The notes beneath the pieces were generated by a model that did not search any database, was not told where the DNA came from, and worked only from the letters and a program-made list of their open reading frames with translations. From positions 1-64,000 of the forward strand of contig CAXXXD010000003.1 in NCBI GenBank assembly GCA_963663385.2: DNA of 64,000 bases, given 5' to 3'. The stretch is from Oceanispirochaeta sp. GTDB lineage: Bacteria > Spirochaetota > Spirochaetia > DSM-2461. Positions within the stretch are counted from its first letter, which is position 1. Every line of letters begins with the position of its first letter. A program made the translations under genes and the position numbers. Below, piece after piece: positions 17,459-26,592 of the stretch.

Positions 17459-18565
17459 ATGAAAAGAATTTTATTGCTGAGTCTGATACTCTGCACAGTG
17501 GCGTTTTCTGTAGCTGCAGAAGGGCAAAAGGAGGCTGAGAAGAATGAAACGGTTCAAATCGGGGCTCTTATAAGGAATCTGGATGATCAGTTTTTAAATG
17601 ATTATACCAAGTATCTCGAAGCCAATGCTGCCGAAAAAAATGTAAAGCTGAAAGTGATGGATGCTCATAGCGATCTGGCCACCCAGCTGGATCAGATGAA
17701 CACTCTTTTAACCCAGGGAATCAAGTATTTTGTAGTTGTTCCTGCTATAAGTGAAGGATCGGAACAGATTGCGGAAGCTATTGCTGCCAGGAATGGTGGC
17801 GCTGCTTTCTCCAATACCCAGCCTACACTGAAAGCTCTTCAGACAGGTAAGGAGTTTTACCTTGCCTCATCTCCCGAGTCGGTTGCCGGGGAAATCCAGG
17901 CTCAGATAATTGATGATTACTTTAAGAAGAATCCCGGAAAGCTGGGAGAGGGGAAGAGTATTAATGCTCTCATGCTGCTTGGACAGCTCGGTCACCCTGC
18001 TCAGGTATACAGAACAGAAGCTGTTCTGGCTACTTTAAAAGACATGGGATATACCGTTAATATTATTGCCAAGGACACTGCCAACTGGCAGCCGGATGAA
18101 GCTCAGGCGAAGATGGATGCCTGGTTGACAGCTTACAAAGGGAAATTCAACGTAGTTATTACAAATAATGACGCTATGGCCCTTGGTGCAGTCGAGTCCA
18201 TGATGACAGCAAAATATGTGGATGATCCTTCTGATGTCACCAAAGATACTGATAACGACGGAACCGTATTGAAAGTGCCTGTTCTGGGAGTAGACGCCAC
18301 ACAGGTAGCTCTGAAATCCATGTCGGAAAACAAATTGTATGCCACTGTACTTCAGGATGCGGAGGGGCAGGCTTCGACCGCTTTCGAATTGGCTTATAAT
18401 ATTGCTGTTAACGGATCAGCCCAGGGAGTAACCGCATGGGGAATCGAAGCGTTAAGCGCCCCCATCGCCGAGGCTCCGGCGAATGATCCTTCGGTTGTAA
18501 GTCAGTGCTACCTTGTCCCGTTTAAAGCTGTAACTAAAGAGAATTACCAGTCTTTTATGAAGTAA
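17459..18565 (+). CDS. Sugar ABC transporter substrate-binding protein (MglB-like)
   Basis: Signal peptide; GQLGHP, ANW, NNDAMALGA, GVDA, ATVLQDA. Confidence 0.88.
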   Translation: MKRILLLSLILCTVAFSVAAEGQKEAEKNETVQIGALIRNLDDQFLNDYTKYLEANAAEKNVKLKVMDAHSDLATQLDQMNTLLTQGIKYFVVVPAISEGSEQIAEAIAARNGGAAFSNTQPTLKALQTGKEFYLASSPESVAGEIQAQIIDDYFKKNPGKLGEGKSINALMLLGQLGHPAQVYRTEAVLATLKDMGYTVNIIAKDTANWQPDEAQAKMDAWLTAYKGKFNVVITNNDAMALGAVESMMTAKYVDDPSDVTKDTDNDGTVLKVPVLGVDATQVALKSMSENKLYATVLQDAEGQASTAFELAYNIAVNGSAQGVTAWGIEALSAPIAEAPANDPSVVSQCYLVPFKAVTKENYQSFMK

Positions 18566-18576
18566 CTGTAACCATT

Positions 18577-18607
18577 TCCGGGGGGCATTGAAATCCCCCG
18601 GATTTTT
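18577..18607 (+). terminator. Intra-operon stem-loop after SBP gene
   Basis: TCCGGGGG...CCCCCGGA followed by TTTTT. Confidence 0.6.
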
Positions 18608-18630
18608 AATACAAAAAATATGAGGTATTC

Positions 18631-20163
18631 ATGGACGGACCCTATGTTCTTGAAATCAAAAATATAACAAAGTGTTTTCCGGGTGTAAAAGCCCTGGATA
18701 ATGTTTCCTTAAATGTAAAATCCGGCACTGTTCATGCACTGATGGGGGAGAACGGTGCCGGAAAATCTACCCTGATGAACTGCCTTTTCGGTATCTACAA
18801 AATAGATGAAGGGGAGTTTTTTCTGAACGGGGAAAAAGCGGCTTTTCATTCAACCCAGAATGCTCTGGAAGCCGGGGTATCCATGATTCATCAGGAATTG
18901 ATGAATGTTCCCGACAGGTGTGTCAAACAAAATCTCTGGCTGGGACGGGAACCGGTCAGAAAAGCGGGCCCCCTGAAATTCATTGATCATAGAAGGATGC
19001 ACAAGGATACCCTTGATCTGATGGCAAAGCTGGAAATGGACATTGATCCGGATCAGCCAATGCGGTCCCTTTCCATCTCATTGCAGCAGGCATGCGAGAT
19101 TGCCCGGGCTGTTTCCTATAACGCCTCTGTGGTTGTCATGGATGAGCCCACTTCTTCCCTTTCTGAAAAGGAGGTTAATCATCTTTTCAGGATAATTGAC
19201 GATTTGAAGTCTCAGGGAGTCGCTATTATCTATATTTCCCATAAAATGGATGAGATCTTTCAGATTTCTGATGAAATATCGGTTATGAGAGACGGGAAAA
19301 TGATAGGCACATTCCCGACGGAATCGCTTGATGAAGATCTGTTGATCAAGCATATGGTCGGGCGGGAAAATGCCAAGATTTTTCCCTATCTAAATAAACC
19401 GGGGGACGAAACCGTTCTATCGGTCGAGAACCTGACATCTTCCGATTCAACATCTTTCAGGGATATCTCCTTTGAATTGAAACGAGGGGAAATTCTGGGC
19501 ATCGGAGGTCTGGTTGGAGCCCAGAGAACAGAACTTGTCGAAGCTGTTTACGGTTTAAGAAAAACCTTGTCCGGTACAATCCGGATTAAGGATAAAATAA
19601 TATTAAAAGCCAACCCTCATGAGTCAATATCCCGGGGGATGGCCTTTATTACTGAAGACAGGAGAGGTTCCGGGATCTTTCCTCTACTGGATATTACGAT
19701 GAATACGGCCATGGCTTCATTGGGAAAATTTCTCAGCACGTATGGTTTTCTTAAACATAGGGATATCAGAAAAGATACCCTGAGACTTAATGAATCGCTC
19801 AAAACAAAAACACCCGGGATGAGTGCTTTTATCCAGAATCTATCGGGAGGAAATCAGCAGAAGGTTCTAATCGGACGCTGGCTGCTGACTGAGCCGGATA
19901 TTCTCATTATGGATGAGCCGACCCGGGGAATCGATGTGGGAGCCAAATTTGAAATTTATACAATTATCGCCGAGCTGGTGAAGCAGGGAAAATCCATCAT
20001 CATGGTATCTTCAGAAATGATGGAGCTTTTGGGAATGTCCCATCGTATCATGGTTTTATGCAATGGACGACATACCGGTACACTGGATCGTTCAGAAGCT
20101 GATCAGGAGAAAATCATGAAACTCGCTTCACGCTTTACAGAAGGAGAAGAACATGGCTTTTAA
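18631..20163 (+). CDS. mglA: Sugar ABC transporter ATP-binding protein (MglA-like)
   Basis: FPGVKALD, GENGAGKST, MDEPT, LSGGNQQK, DEPTRGIDVGAK. Confidence 0.9.
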   Translation: MDGPYVLEIKNITKCFPGVKALDNVSLNVKSGTVHALMGENGAGKSTLMNCLFGIYKIDEGEFFLNGEKAAFHSTQNALEAGVSMIHQELMNVPDRCVKQNLWLGREPVRKAGPLKFIDHRRMHKDTLDLMAKLEMDIDPDQPMRSLSISLQQACEIARAVSYNASVVVMDEPTSSLSEKEVNHLFRIIDDLKSQGVAIIYISHKMDEIFQISDEISVMRDGKMIGTFPTESLDEDLLIKHMVGRENAKIFPYLNKPGDETVLSVENLTSSDSTSFRDISFELKRGEILGIGGLVGAQRTELVEAVYGLRKTLSGTIRIKDKIILKANPHESISRGMAFITEDRRGSGIFPLLDITMNTAMASLGKFLSTYGFLKHRDIRKDTLRLNESLKTKTPGMSAFIQNLSGGNQQKVLIGRWLLTEPDILIMDEPTRGIDVGAKFEIYTIIAELVKQGKSIIMVSSEMMELLGMSHRIMVLCNGRHTGTLDRSEADQEKIMKLASRFTEGEEHGF

Positions 20164-21145
20164 ATTATCCTTTAAAAGGACAAGGCATTATGCCAGTAAA
20201 TATACGAATCTATTAACATTTATTCTGCTGGGGTTGATTCTTGCCTTTTTGACAGGGGGCAGATCATTGGGCTGGGATTCTGTTCAGAATCTGGTAATTG
20301 CCGAGTCCATAAGGGCCTTTGCCTCACTGGGGGTCGGGATTATCATAATCAGTCGCGGAATAGACCTTTCCATCGGTTATGTCGTGTGTCTTTCCGCCAG
20401 CGTAGCCGCATCCTTTGCACAAACCCTGGACTATTCGGCGGCATTGTATGCAGGAGTTCCTTTTCCCTTTGTGTTACCCATTCTTGCGGGGATTGCTACG
20501 GGAGCTGCTTTCGGTCTGCTTAATGGAGTGCTTGTCTCTTATGGTAAACTGCCTCCCTTTATTGCCACTTTAGGGACCATGTCCATTGCCAAAGGGCTGC
20601 AGCTGATTTATACCAAGGCAAATGTTATAGGCAGTTTGAAGCCAGAATTCAAGACCATTGCCCAGGGCAGTATCGGTCCGGTACCCAATCTGGCTATATA
20701 TGTATTTATTGCCTGTATTATTGTATGGGCTTTTTTGAATCATACAAAGCAGGGGGCACATCTGTATGCCATTGGTGGCAATCCCCAAGCGGCAAGGATT
20801 ACAGGAATCCGTGTAGAAAGGGAGTGGGTTAAAGTCTATTTCTATGCGGGAATTCTCTATGGAATTGCCGGGGTTCTGCAGGCTTCCCGTTTGGGTTTGG
20901 CAAACGCCATGACGGCTAACGGAATGGAACTGGATGCCATTGCGGCTGTAACTGTCGGAGGTGTCTCCCAGACCGGAGGTGTTGGCACAATGGGCGGGAT
21001 GCTGATTGGTGTGCTTACTCTGGGAATTATCAATTACGGTATGACCTACCTTGGAGTGGATTCCTACTTCCAGTTACTGGTGAAGGGGAGCATTATTCTC
21101 ATTGCCGTTTTTGCAGATATGAGAAAATACAGTAAATCGAATTGA
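20153..21145 (+). CDS. Sugar ABC transporter permease (MglC/RbsC-like)
   Basis: GIDLSIG, PPFIATLG, YAIGGN, ELDAIAA..VGG. Confidence 0.92.
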   Translation: MAFKLSFKRTRHYASKYTNLLTFILLGLILAFLTGGRSLGWDSVQNLVIAESIRAFASLGVGIIIISRGIDLSIGYVVCLSASVAASFAQTLDYSAALYAGVPFPFVLPILAGIATGAAFGLLNGVLVSYGKLPPFIATLGTMSIAKGLQLIYTKANVIGSLKPEFKTIAQGSIGPVPNLAIYVFIACIIVWAFLNHTKQGAHLYAIGGNPQAARITGIRVEREWVKVYFYAGILYGIAGVLQASRLGLANAMTANGMELDAIAAVTVGGVSQTGGVGTMGGMLIGVLTLGIINYGMTYLGVDSYFQLLVKGSIILIAVFADMRKYSKSN

Positions 21146-21161
21146 TAGAATCAGTTTTTCA

Positions 21162-21950
21162 CTACTGGAACGGGATGTCATTCTGTTCCGGTAGAGTCCT
21201 GTAAAATCCTGAACTGGAATTTATTATGCTCAATCTTTTAAAAACCGCTTCTCCCAAACAGTTACTCGGCCGCTGGAAGGATGGCTTTTTCTCTTTCTTC
21301 TTTCTGATCCTGGTTTCAGGTCTTCTGCCAGCTCTTTCCGCATAGGCTCCTCCGCCGGATGTCTTTTTCAGGTTATCCGCAGCGATCACTCCCCAGTCCG
21401 TGGCTATACCTCCCGGTTCAATTATGACGGCATCAATCCCGAAAGGGGCTACTTCCAGGCGGAGACAGTCGGTCAACCCCTCCAGAGCATGTTTGGTGGC
21501 ATGATACCAGCCGCCGAAGGGGGTATAGATTTTACCGCCTATGGACGAGATATTTATAATCTTCCCGTATCTGTTCTCCCGCATTCCGGGAAGAACCATC
21601 TGAATCAGTGATGCCGGACCAAATATGTTTACTTCCCATTGACGGCGGCCTTCATCAATGGGAACATCCTCATTCGCACCATAGGAACCGTAACCGGCGT
21701 TGTTTATAAGTATATCAATTGATCCTTCTCTATTCAGAATCCGATCTATGATTTCTTTCATGGAGTCTTTATCTGTTATATCCATTTTGACAGTCAGGGC
21801 ACCATTTTCCTCCAGGTCTTTCATTTTTTCCAATCGTCTGGCCGCGGCATAGACCCTAACTCCTGCATTCAGAAGCATTTCTACTGTAGATTTCCCTATC
21901 CCTGATGAGGCTCCGGTCACCAGCGCTGTCTTGTCAGTCAAATCAGCCAT
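21162..21950 (-). CDS. SDR oxidoreductase, C-terminus probably disrupted
   Basis: TGASSGIG, NNAG, YHATK intact; tail after GGAYAERA looks deleted and non-homologous. Confidence 0.8.
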   Translation of the reverse strand: MADLTDKTALVTGASSGIGKSTVEMLLNAGVRVYAAARRLEKMKDLEENGALTVKMDITDKDSMKEIIDRILNREGSIDILINNAGYGSYGANEDVPIDEGRRQWEVNIFGPASLIQMVLPGMRENRYGKIINISSIGGKIYTPFGGWYHATKHALEGLTDCLRLEVAPFGIDAVIIEPGGIATDWGVIAADNLKKTSGGGAYAERAGRRPETRIRKKKEKKPSFQRPSNCLGEAVFKRLSIINSSSGFYRTLPEQNDIPFQ

Positions 21951-21978
21951 CCTGTTCTCCCTTTTTCAAATCGCATTA

Positions 21979-22659
21979 TCAATCCGGATGCCTGTATCCG
22001 GCCGTCGGCACCGTAACAATCAGACGGGGATGAACCGGATCTTCTTCCAGTTTTTTTCTGAGCTGGGAGATAAACTGATCCAGGGCGCGGGAGCTGGGGA
22101 GGTAGTCCATACCCCATCCGTGGTCGTACAGCTGATCCCTGCTGAGTACCTTCCCCCTATTATTATGAAAAAACAGTAAAAGTTTCATCTCACGGGGGGA
22201 TAGTACTATCTCCCTGCAGCCGTCCGAACCCTGCAGTGTCCCCGTATTGATCAGGAAGGGGCCGAACCGGAAGCTTTCCTCTTTTTCCGCCGCCCCAGGG
22301 GAACTCCTTCTCAGTACGGCCCTAACCCTGGCAATCACTTCCCTTACGCCGAAGGGTTTGGTAATATAGTCATCCGCACCCAGTTCCAGCCCTACAACCT
22401 TATCTATTTCTTCCGTTTTGGCGCTGATAAACAGGACAGGGACCTGCCTGTTCTGCTTTCTGATTTTTTTGCACAGGTCATACCCGTTCATCACCGGCAT
22501 CATTATATCCAGGCAGAGAAGATCGGGTTTTTCCTCCAGATACAGGCTGTAAGCCTCTTCGCCGTTTGCGGCACAGACTGTTTCATACCCCTCGCCTTCG
22601 AATATCTCACTGAGTCCCATCCTGGTATACTGATCATCTTCCGCTATAAGTATTTTCAT
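21979..22659 (-). CDS. OmpR-family response regulator
   Basis: AEDD, LDIMMP, GADDYITKPF, winged-helix C-terminus. Confidence 0.95.
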   Translation of the reverse strand: MKILIAEDDQYTRMGLSEIFEGEGYETVCAANGEEAYSLYLEEKPDLLCLDIMMPVMNGYDLCKKIRKQNRQVPVLFISAKTEEIDKVVGLELGADDYITKPFGVREVIARVRAVLRRSSPGAAEKEESFRFGPFLINTGTLQGSDGCREIVLSPREMKLLLFFHNNRGKVLSRDQLYDHGWGMDYLPSSRALDQFISQLRKKLEEDPVHPRLIVTVPTAGYRHPD

Positions 22660-24203
22660 GGTGTATCATCCTTTTCCGGGGTAACGGGTATTGTCAGGGA
22701 AAAACAGGCTCCCCGGTCTGATTTCTCCAGTTTCAGGGAGGCGCCGGTCTCCTCAGCCAGTGTTTTTGCAATGGAGAGACCGATCCCGGTTCCCGAACTG
22801 CTCTGGGAAAGGCTGTTATCGATGCGGTAGAAGGGTTTGAATATGTTCTTCTTTTCCCTTTCGGCAATGCCGGGGCCCTTATCCCGGATAAACACTATGC
22901 ATTCCCTCTCCCTGTTTTCTGTCTCTATCCCCAGGTATTTGCCCGAGCTGCCGTATTTCACCGCATTGCCGATGATATTGACCAGTATCTGTTCCATCAT
23001 ATCCCGGTCGGACTCTATTTCGGGCAGCCGCCCCGCCTGAAAGGAGTGTTCCATAGCGTGCTCCTCCAGAAGGGGGGTAAACTTGCCAAGGACATCGCGG
23101 ATCAGTTCATTCAGGCTGAATTTGACAATCCTCTTTTTCAGTTCTCCCCGTTCGCCCCGGCTGAAGGTCAGCACATTATTGATCATCCGCCCCAGACGGC
23201 TTCCCTCCTGAATGATGATGTCCAGGTACTTCCTGTCCTTCGGATCGCTGATCCTGTTCTGGAGCAGCTCCGAGTAGAGGCGGATGTTGGTTAAAGGGGT
23301 TTTGAACTCATGGGAAACCTGATTGACGAATGTAACCTGATTCCGGGCGGTCCGCATCTGTCTCGTGTTTTCCCTGTAGAAATAAACGGCCAGCAGCAGG
23401 ATCAGCAGAGTGAACAGGGCCAGAGCCGGTATAAGGGAAAAGGCGCTCTGATTTTCTGTGCTGTTCAGACCGGCCGCGTCGTTCCGGTAGTAGAAGAGCC
23501 TCCAGGAACCCAGGGGGGCTTTCAGGGAATACTCCCTCAGAGGAGAGGGGCGGTCATCCCAGGAGTATTTCCCCCACTGGTAGAGAACGTCGCCCCGGGC
23601 ATCGGTCAACTGCACCCTGAAACTGTTATCTGTCCGGGATGAATCGGGCAGTACGTTTATCAGGCGGGATATAAGGGCATACCTCTCAATCAGGAATCCT
23701 CTGATATAACCGTTTTCTATGGTATAGAAAATAAAATTGATACCGTCTCCCCTGAACCAGGTGTACCAGTGAGATTCGGTAATGCCGTCTTCGGATACTG
23801 AATAACCCGCTCTCAGATTTGCCGCAAGGTCGATGGATTCGGCTTCCTCTATAAAATTCTTTTCCCTTCCGCTTGTTTCTCCCTCTGCTTCCGGAAAGAG
23901 AAACTGCCCGTCCGGGGATATGAGAAAGGCCTGTTTTACAAGCCTCTTACTGTTCATAAGGGCTCTCAGTTCCTCCGCCGGGGTATTCTCATCCACAAGA
24001 GACGTATCCATTTCCTCTTCTATCCGGTTTATTTGGTCCTGCAGCAGCCGGGCGTTCTCCACCAGAAAACGGTAGGCTTCCTGCTTCCGTTCTTCCATTT
24101 CAAGCCGGCTGCTCTCCCTGTAGGACGAGAAAGCCATCACCGTCATAACGGTGATGGGCATCAGGATAATGAACAGGAATACAAGAAGCATCCTCTTCTT
24201 CAC
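22656..24203 (-). CDS. Sensor histidine kinase
   Basis: Two TM helices; VSHEFKTPL, NAVKY, DKGPGI, GTGIGL; ATGA overlap with RR. Confidence 0.95.
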   Translation of the reverse strand: MKKRMLLVFLFIILMPITVMTVMAFSSYRESSRLEMEERKQEAYRFLVENARLLQDQINRIEEEMDTSLVDENTPAEELRALMNSKRLVKQAFLISPDGQFLFPEAEGETSGREKNFIEEAESIDLAANLRAGYSVSEDGITESHWYTWFRGDGINFIFYTIENGYIRGFLIERYALISRLINVLPDSSRTDNSFRVQLTDARGDVLYQWGKYSWDDRPSPLREYSLKAPLGSWRLFYYRNDAAGLNSTENQSAFSLIPALALFTLLILLLAVYFYRENTRQMRTARNQVTFVNQVSHEFKTPLTNIRLYSELLQNRISDPKDRKYLDIIIQEGSRLGRMINNVLTFSRGERGELKKRIVKFSLNELIRDVLGKFTPLLEEHAMEHSFQAGRLPEIESDRDMMEQILVNIIGNAVKYGSSGKYLGIETENRERECIVFIRDKGPGIAEREKKNIFKPFYRIDNSLSQSSSGTGIGLSIAKTLAEETGASLKLEKSDRGACFSLTIPVTPEKDDTP

Positions 24204-24212
24204 ATCATCCCC

Positions 24213-25538
24213 TTAATAACTCTGCTGATTCTGTACCTCAAACTGGTCATCCTTCATCTTTTTTCTGGTGGCATTCCACATCTCGTCATCCGTAATGGCC
24301 CGGGCATCCTCTTCGTACTCTGCGCCGTATCCGGCCAGTTCCGGAGCTTCCAGTGCTTCCGCCTGTTCCATCAGGTATTCCGAGCTGGCATTGAGCACTG
24401 CCCGGGCTTCCTCGATATTCCCCTCATCCCGCAGCTGGAGGGCCTCTTCGCTTTTTTCCGCGGCGATCTGCGTCACAACGGATACCATGGTTTCCTTGTC
24501 GACATTTTTTTCCACAAGTTCACTATCCCTGGTAAAAGTAACGAATCCCGATCCGGAAAGGCTCTCTTTTTTCCGGGTGACCATATTGCTGTAGCTCATC
24601 CGGACATCCGCTATCTCAACGGATTCTCCCTCTTCGAAACCTTCCACATCCACTTCCAGCAGGAGGTATTTTTCCTGATTGCTGTACAGCTGGTTCAGGG
24701 ACGTGTAAACCCTGCTGCCGATGACATCGGCATCTCTTCCCAGAATCCGTACGGGACGGATGCCTTCCCGGCAATTGATCTCAATCGTTACATCCTGGGC
24801 GACCACAGACAGAATATCCCGAAACTCATACTCGAAGATCCTGGCCAGGTCCCGGGAATTTTCCACAAAGGCATGGTTTCCGTCGCTCTTCTGGGCCAGC
24901 CGAACCATCAGGTCTTCATTATACCCCAGGCCCAGGCCTATGGTGGTAACGGATATGCCGATCCTTTTAAGGGAAGCTCCCAGTTCTCCCAGGGCTGAAG
25001 GGCTTTCCGGGCCCACATTGGCCAGCCCGTCGGAAAGGAGGATAACCCTGTTTACCCTGTTCCTGTCCAGGAATTTCTCCACCTCGTCCGCCCCTTTGCT
25101 GACGCCCGCAAACAGGGCGGTGCTCCCGCCGGAGTATATGGAGGCGATCTTTCTTTTAATAGCCGGTTTATCCGTTACCCTGGTGGCCGGCAGCAGCACT
25201 TCCACCGAATCGGAATAGGTGATGATGGATAAAATATCATCCTCATTCAGAATATCCACAGCCAGCATGGCCGCTTCAATGGCTTTTTCGATCTTGTCGC
25301 CGTCCATGGAACCGGACCGGTCCAGAACAATGGCGATATTGGACGGGGTTCTTTCCTCACTGTTATTCAGTTCAAAGCCGGTTAACCCCACCTTCAGATA
25401 GGTTTTCTGGTTTGTATCGGCAATAAGCCAGGAATTGGTCACGGAAACATCAAGTTCAATGGTTTGAGCCTGTATAAATGTTGTAAAGAAAACGGCAGTC
25501 AGAAGTATAAGCCCTGCAAATTTAACGGAAGATTTCAT
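24213..25538 (-). CDS. Secreted von Willebrand factor A domain protein
   Basis: Signal peptide; MIDAS DRSGSM, GGSTAL, LLSDGLAN; start set at ATG 25538 after a GA-rich SD. Confidence 0.9.
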   Translation of the reverse strand: MKSSVKFAGLILLTAVFFTTFIQAQTIELDVSVTNSWLIADTNQKTYLKVGLTGFELNNSEERTPSNIAIVLDRSGSMDGDKIEKAIEAAMLAVDILNEDDILSIITYSDSVEVLLPATRVTDKPAIKRKIASIYSGGSTALFAGVSKGADEVEKFLDRNRVNRVILLSDGLANVGPESPSALGELGASLKRIGISVTTIGLGLGYNEDLMVRLAQKSDGNHAFVENSRDLARIFEYEFRDILSVVAQDVTIEINCREGIRPVRILGRDADVIGSRVYTSLNQLYSNQEKYLLLEVDVEGFEEGESVEIADVRMSYSNMVTRKKESLSGSGFVTFTRDSELVEKNVDKETMVSVVTQIAAEKSEEALQLRDEGNIEEARAVLNASSEYLMEQAEALEAPELAGYGAEYEEDARAITDDEMWNATRKKMKDDQFEVQNQQSY

Positions 25539-25609
25539 AATCCTTCCCTCCCTCATATGGAATATACTTCCGATTTTATCCTTCTATAGGATACTATGGT
25601 TCAGCCGGG

Positions 25610-25636
25610 TGTAAAAGCTTTGTAAGAAAAATGTAA
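25610..25636 (-). promoter_or_regulatory. Triple 11-bp-periodic direct repeat (OmpR-type operator)
   Basis: TGTAA at 25610, 25621 and 25632, upstream of the VWA-HK-RR operon. Confidence 0.65.
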
Positions 25637-25674
25637 GGTTTTAAATCGGGGGATAATAACGGCCAGGCGGGTTT

Positions 25675-26517
25675 TCAGTTATCGAGCTGCATCAGGTAGG
25701 AGCGCAGGTTTACCCCTTTATTCTTCAACCCCAGCTTATCCCGGACTTTATTGCGGTGGTTTTCAACTGTTTTCTGAGCAATATCCAGAGCGTCGGCGAT
25801 ATCCTTGGAAGTTTTGCCCATACGGATAAATTCGGCAACCTGAATTTCCGATGGCGTTAAAACATCGTAGAGTCGGGAAAGGGACCCGGCCGGGGTTACA
25901 AATTCTTCCAGATTTTTCTGGATAATCTCCAGGCAGAGGGACACAATGGGATCATGAATCGTATTCTGCAGCCGGGTCAGTCCAACCAGATAATGGTCCT
26001 GAATTTCACTGCTTAATTTATCTTTTTTTTCGCTGGAGTCGATATTCCGTATTTCATCCAGAAGTTCCAGGGCCGTATGAATATCCTCCAGGCCGGTTTC
26101 CGCCTGGGCCAGTTCCGTTTCTTCACTGAGGTGCTGGGATATTTTCTGCTGATTGAAGAGTGTTATCTGGAGAAAAAACAGGTTGTCGAAATTTTCCTGG
26201 GTATAAAAAGTAAAATCAAGGATATTGCTTTTCAGTGTAATCTCGAAAGCTTCCCTGCCGGACAGGGACATAAAATTTCTGATTTTGTTCAGATTTTCCA
26301 TTTTCAGGATATATTCGCAGTCTCCCAGGGATTTGAGGCCGGGTCTGTCTGGTATGTTGTGGTATATGATTTTCTCTTCAGGCGTGAAAACAATAAAGTA
26401 GATGCTGTTTCTGATCAGTACGCTTTCCAGAAGGGCGAGATTTGTCCGGGACTGTTCCTTTTCTTCTACCAGACCATGAAGCATCGAGAGTAATTGTTTG
26501 TCAGTATCATTCTCCAT
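25675..26517 (-). CDS. LuxR-family (C-terminal HTH) regulator
   Basis: LTPSEIQVAEFIRMGKTSKDIADALDIAQKTVENHRNKVRDKLG. Confidence 0.9.
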   Translation of the reverse strand: MENDTDKQLLSMLHGLVEEKEQSRTNLALLESVLIRNSIYFIVFTPEEKIIYHNIPDRPGLKSLGDCEYILKMENLNKIRNFMSLSGREAFEITLKSNILDFTFYTQENFDNLFFLQITLFNQQKISQHLSEETELAQAETGLEDIHTALELLDEIRNIDSSEKKDKLSSEIQDHYLVGLTRLQNTIHDPIVSLCLEIIQKNLEEFVTPAGSLSRLYDVLTPSEIQVAEFIRMGKTSKDIADALDIAQKTVENHRNKVRDKLGLKNKGVNLRSYLMQLDN

Positions 26518-26548
26518 AGGGTTCCCATTCTATCATAAAGAGAGATCT

Positions 26549-26579
26549 AAAAACAGGCTTTGCGGGAAAGCCTGTTTTT
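26549..26579 (-). terminator. Intrinsic terminator (bidirectional shape) after the GH3 gene
   Basis: AAAAACAGGCTTT-GCGGG-AAAGCCTGTTTTT. Confidence 0.8.
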
Positions 26580-26592
26580 GTATTAATGCTGC

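Noticed and set aside
24033..24998. Long antisense ORFs (also 9150..9875, 30868..31635, 40197..41114, 42753..43928, 51697..52425)
   Set aside because: Shadow frames opposite well-supported genes, with no recognisable motifs
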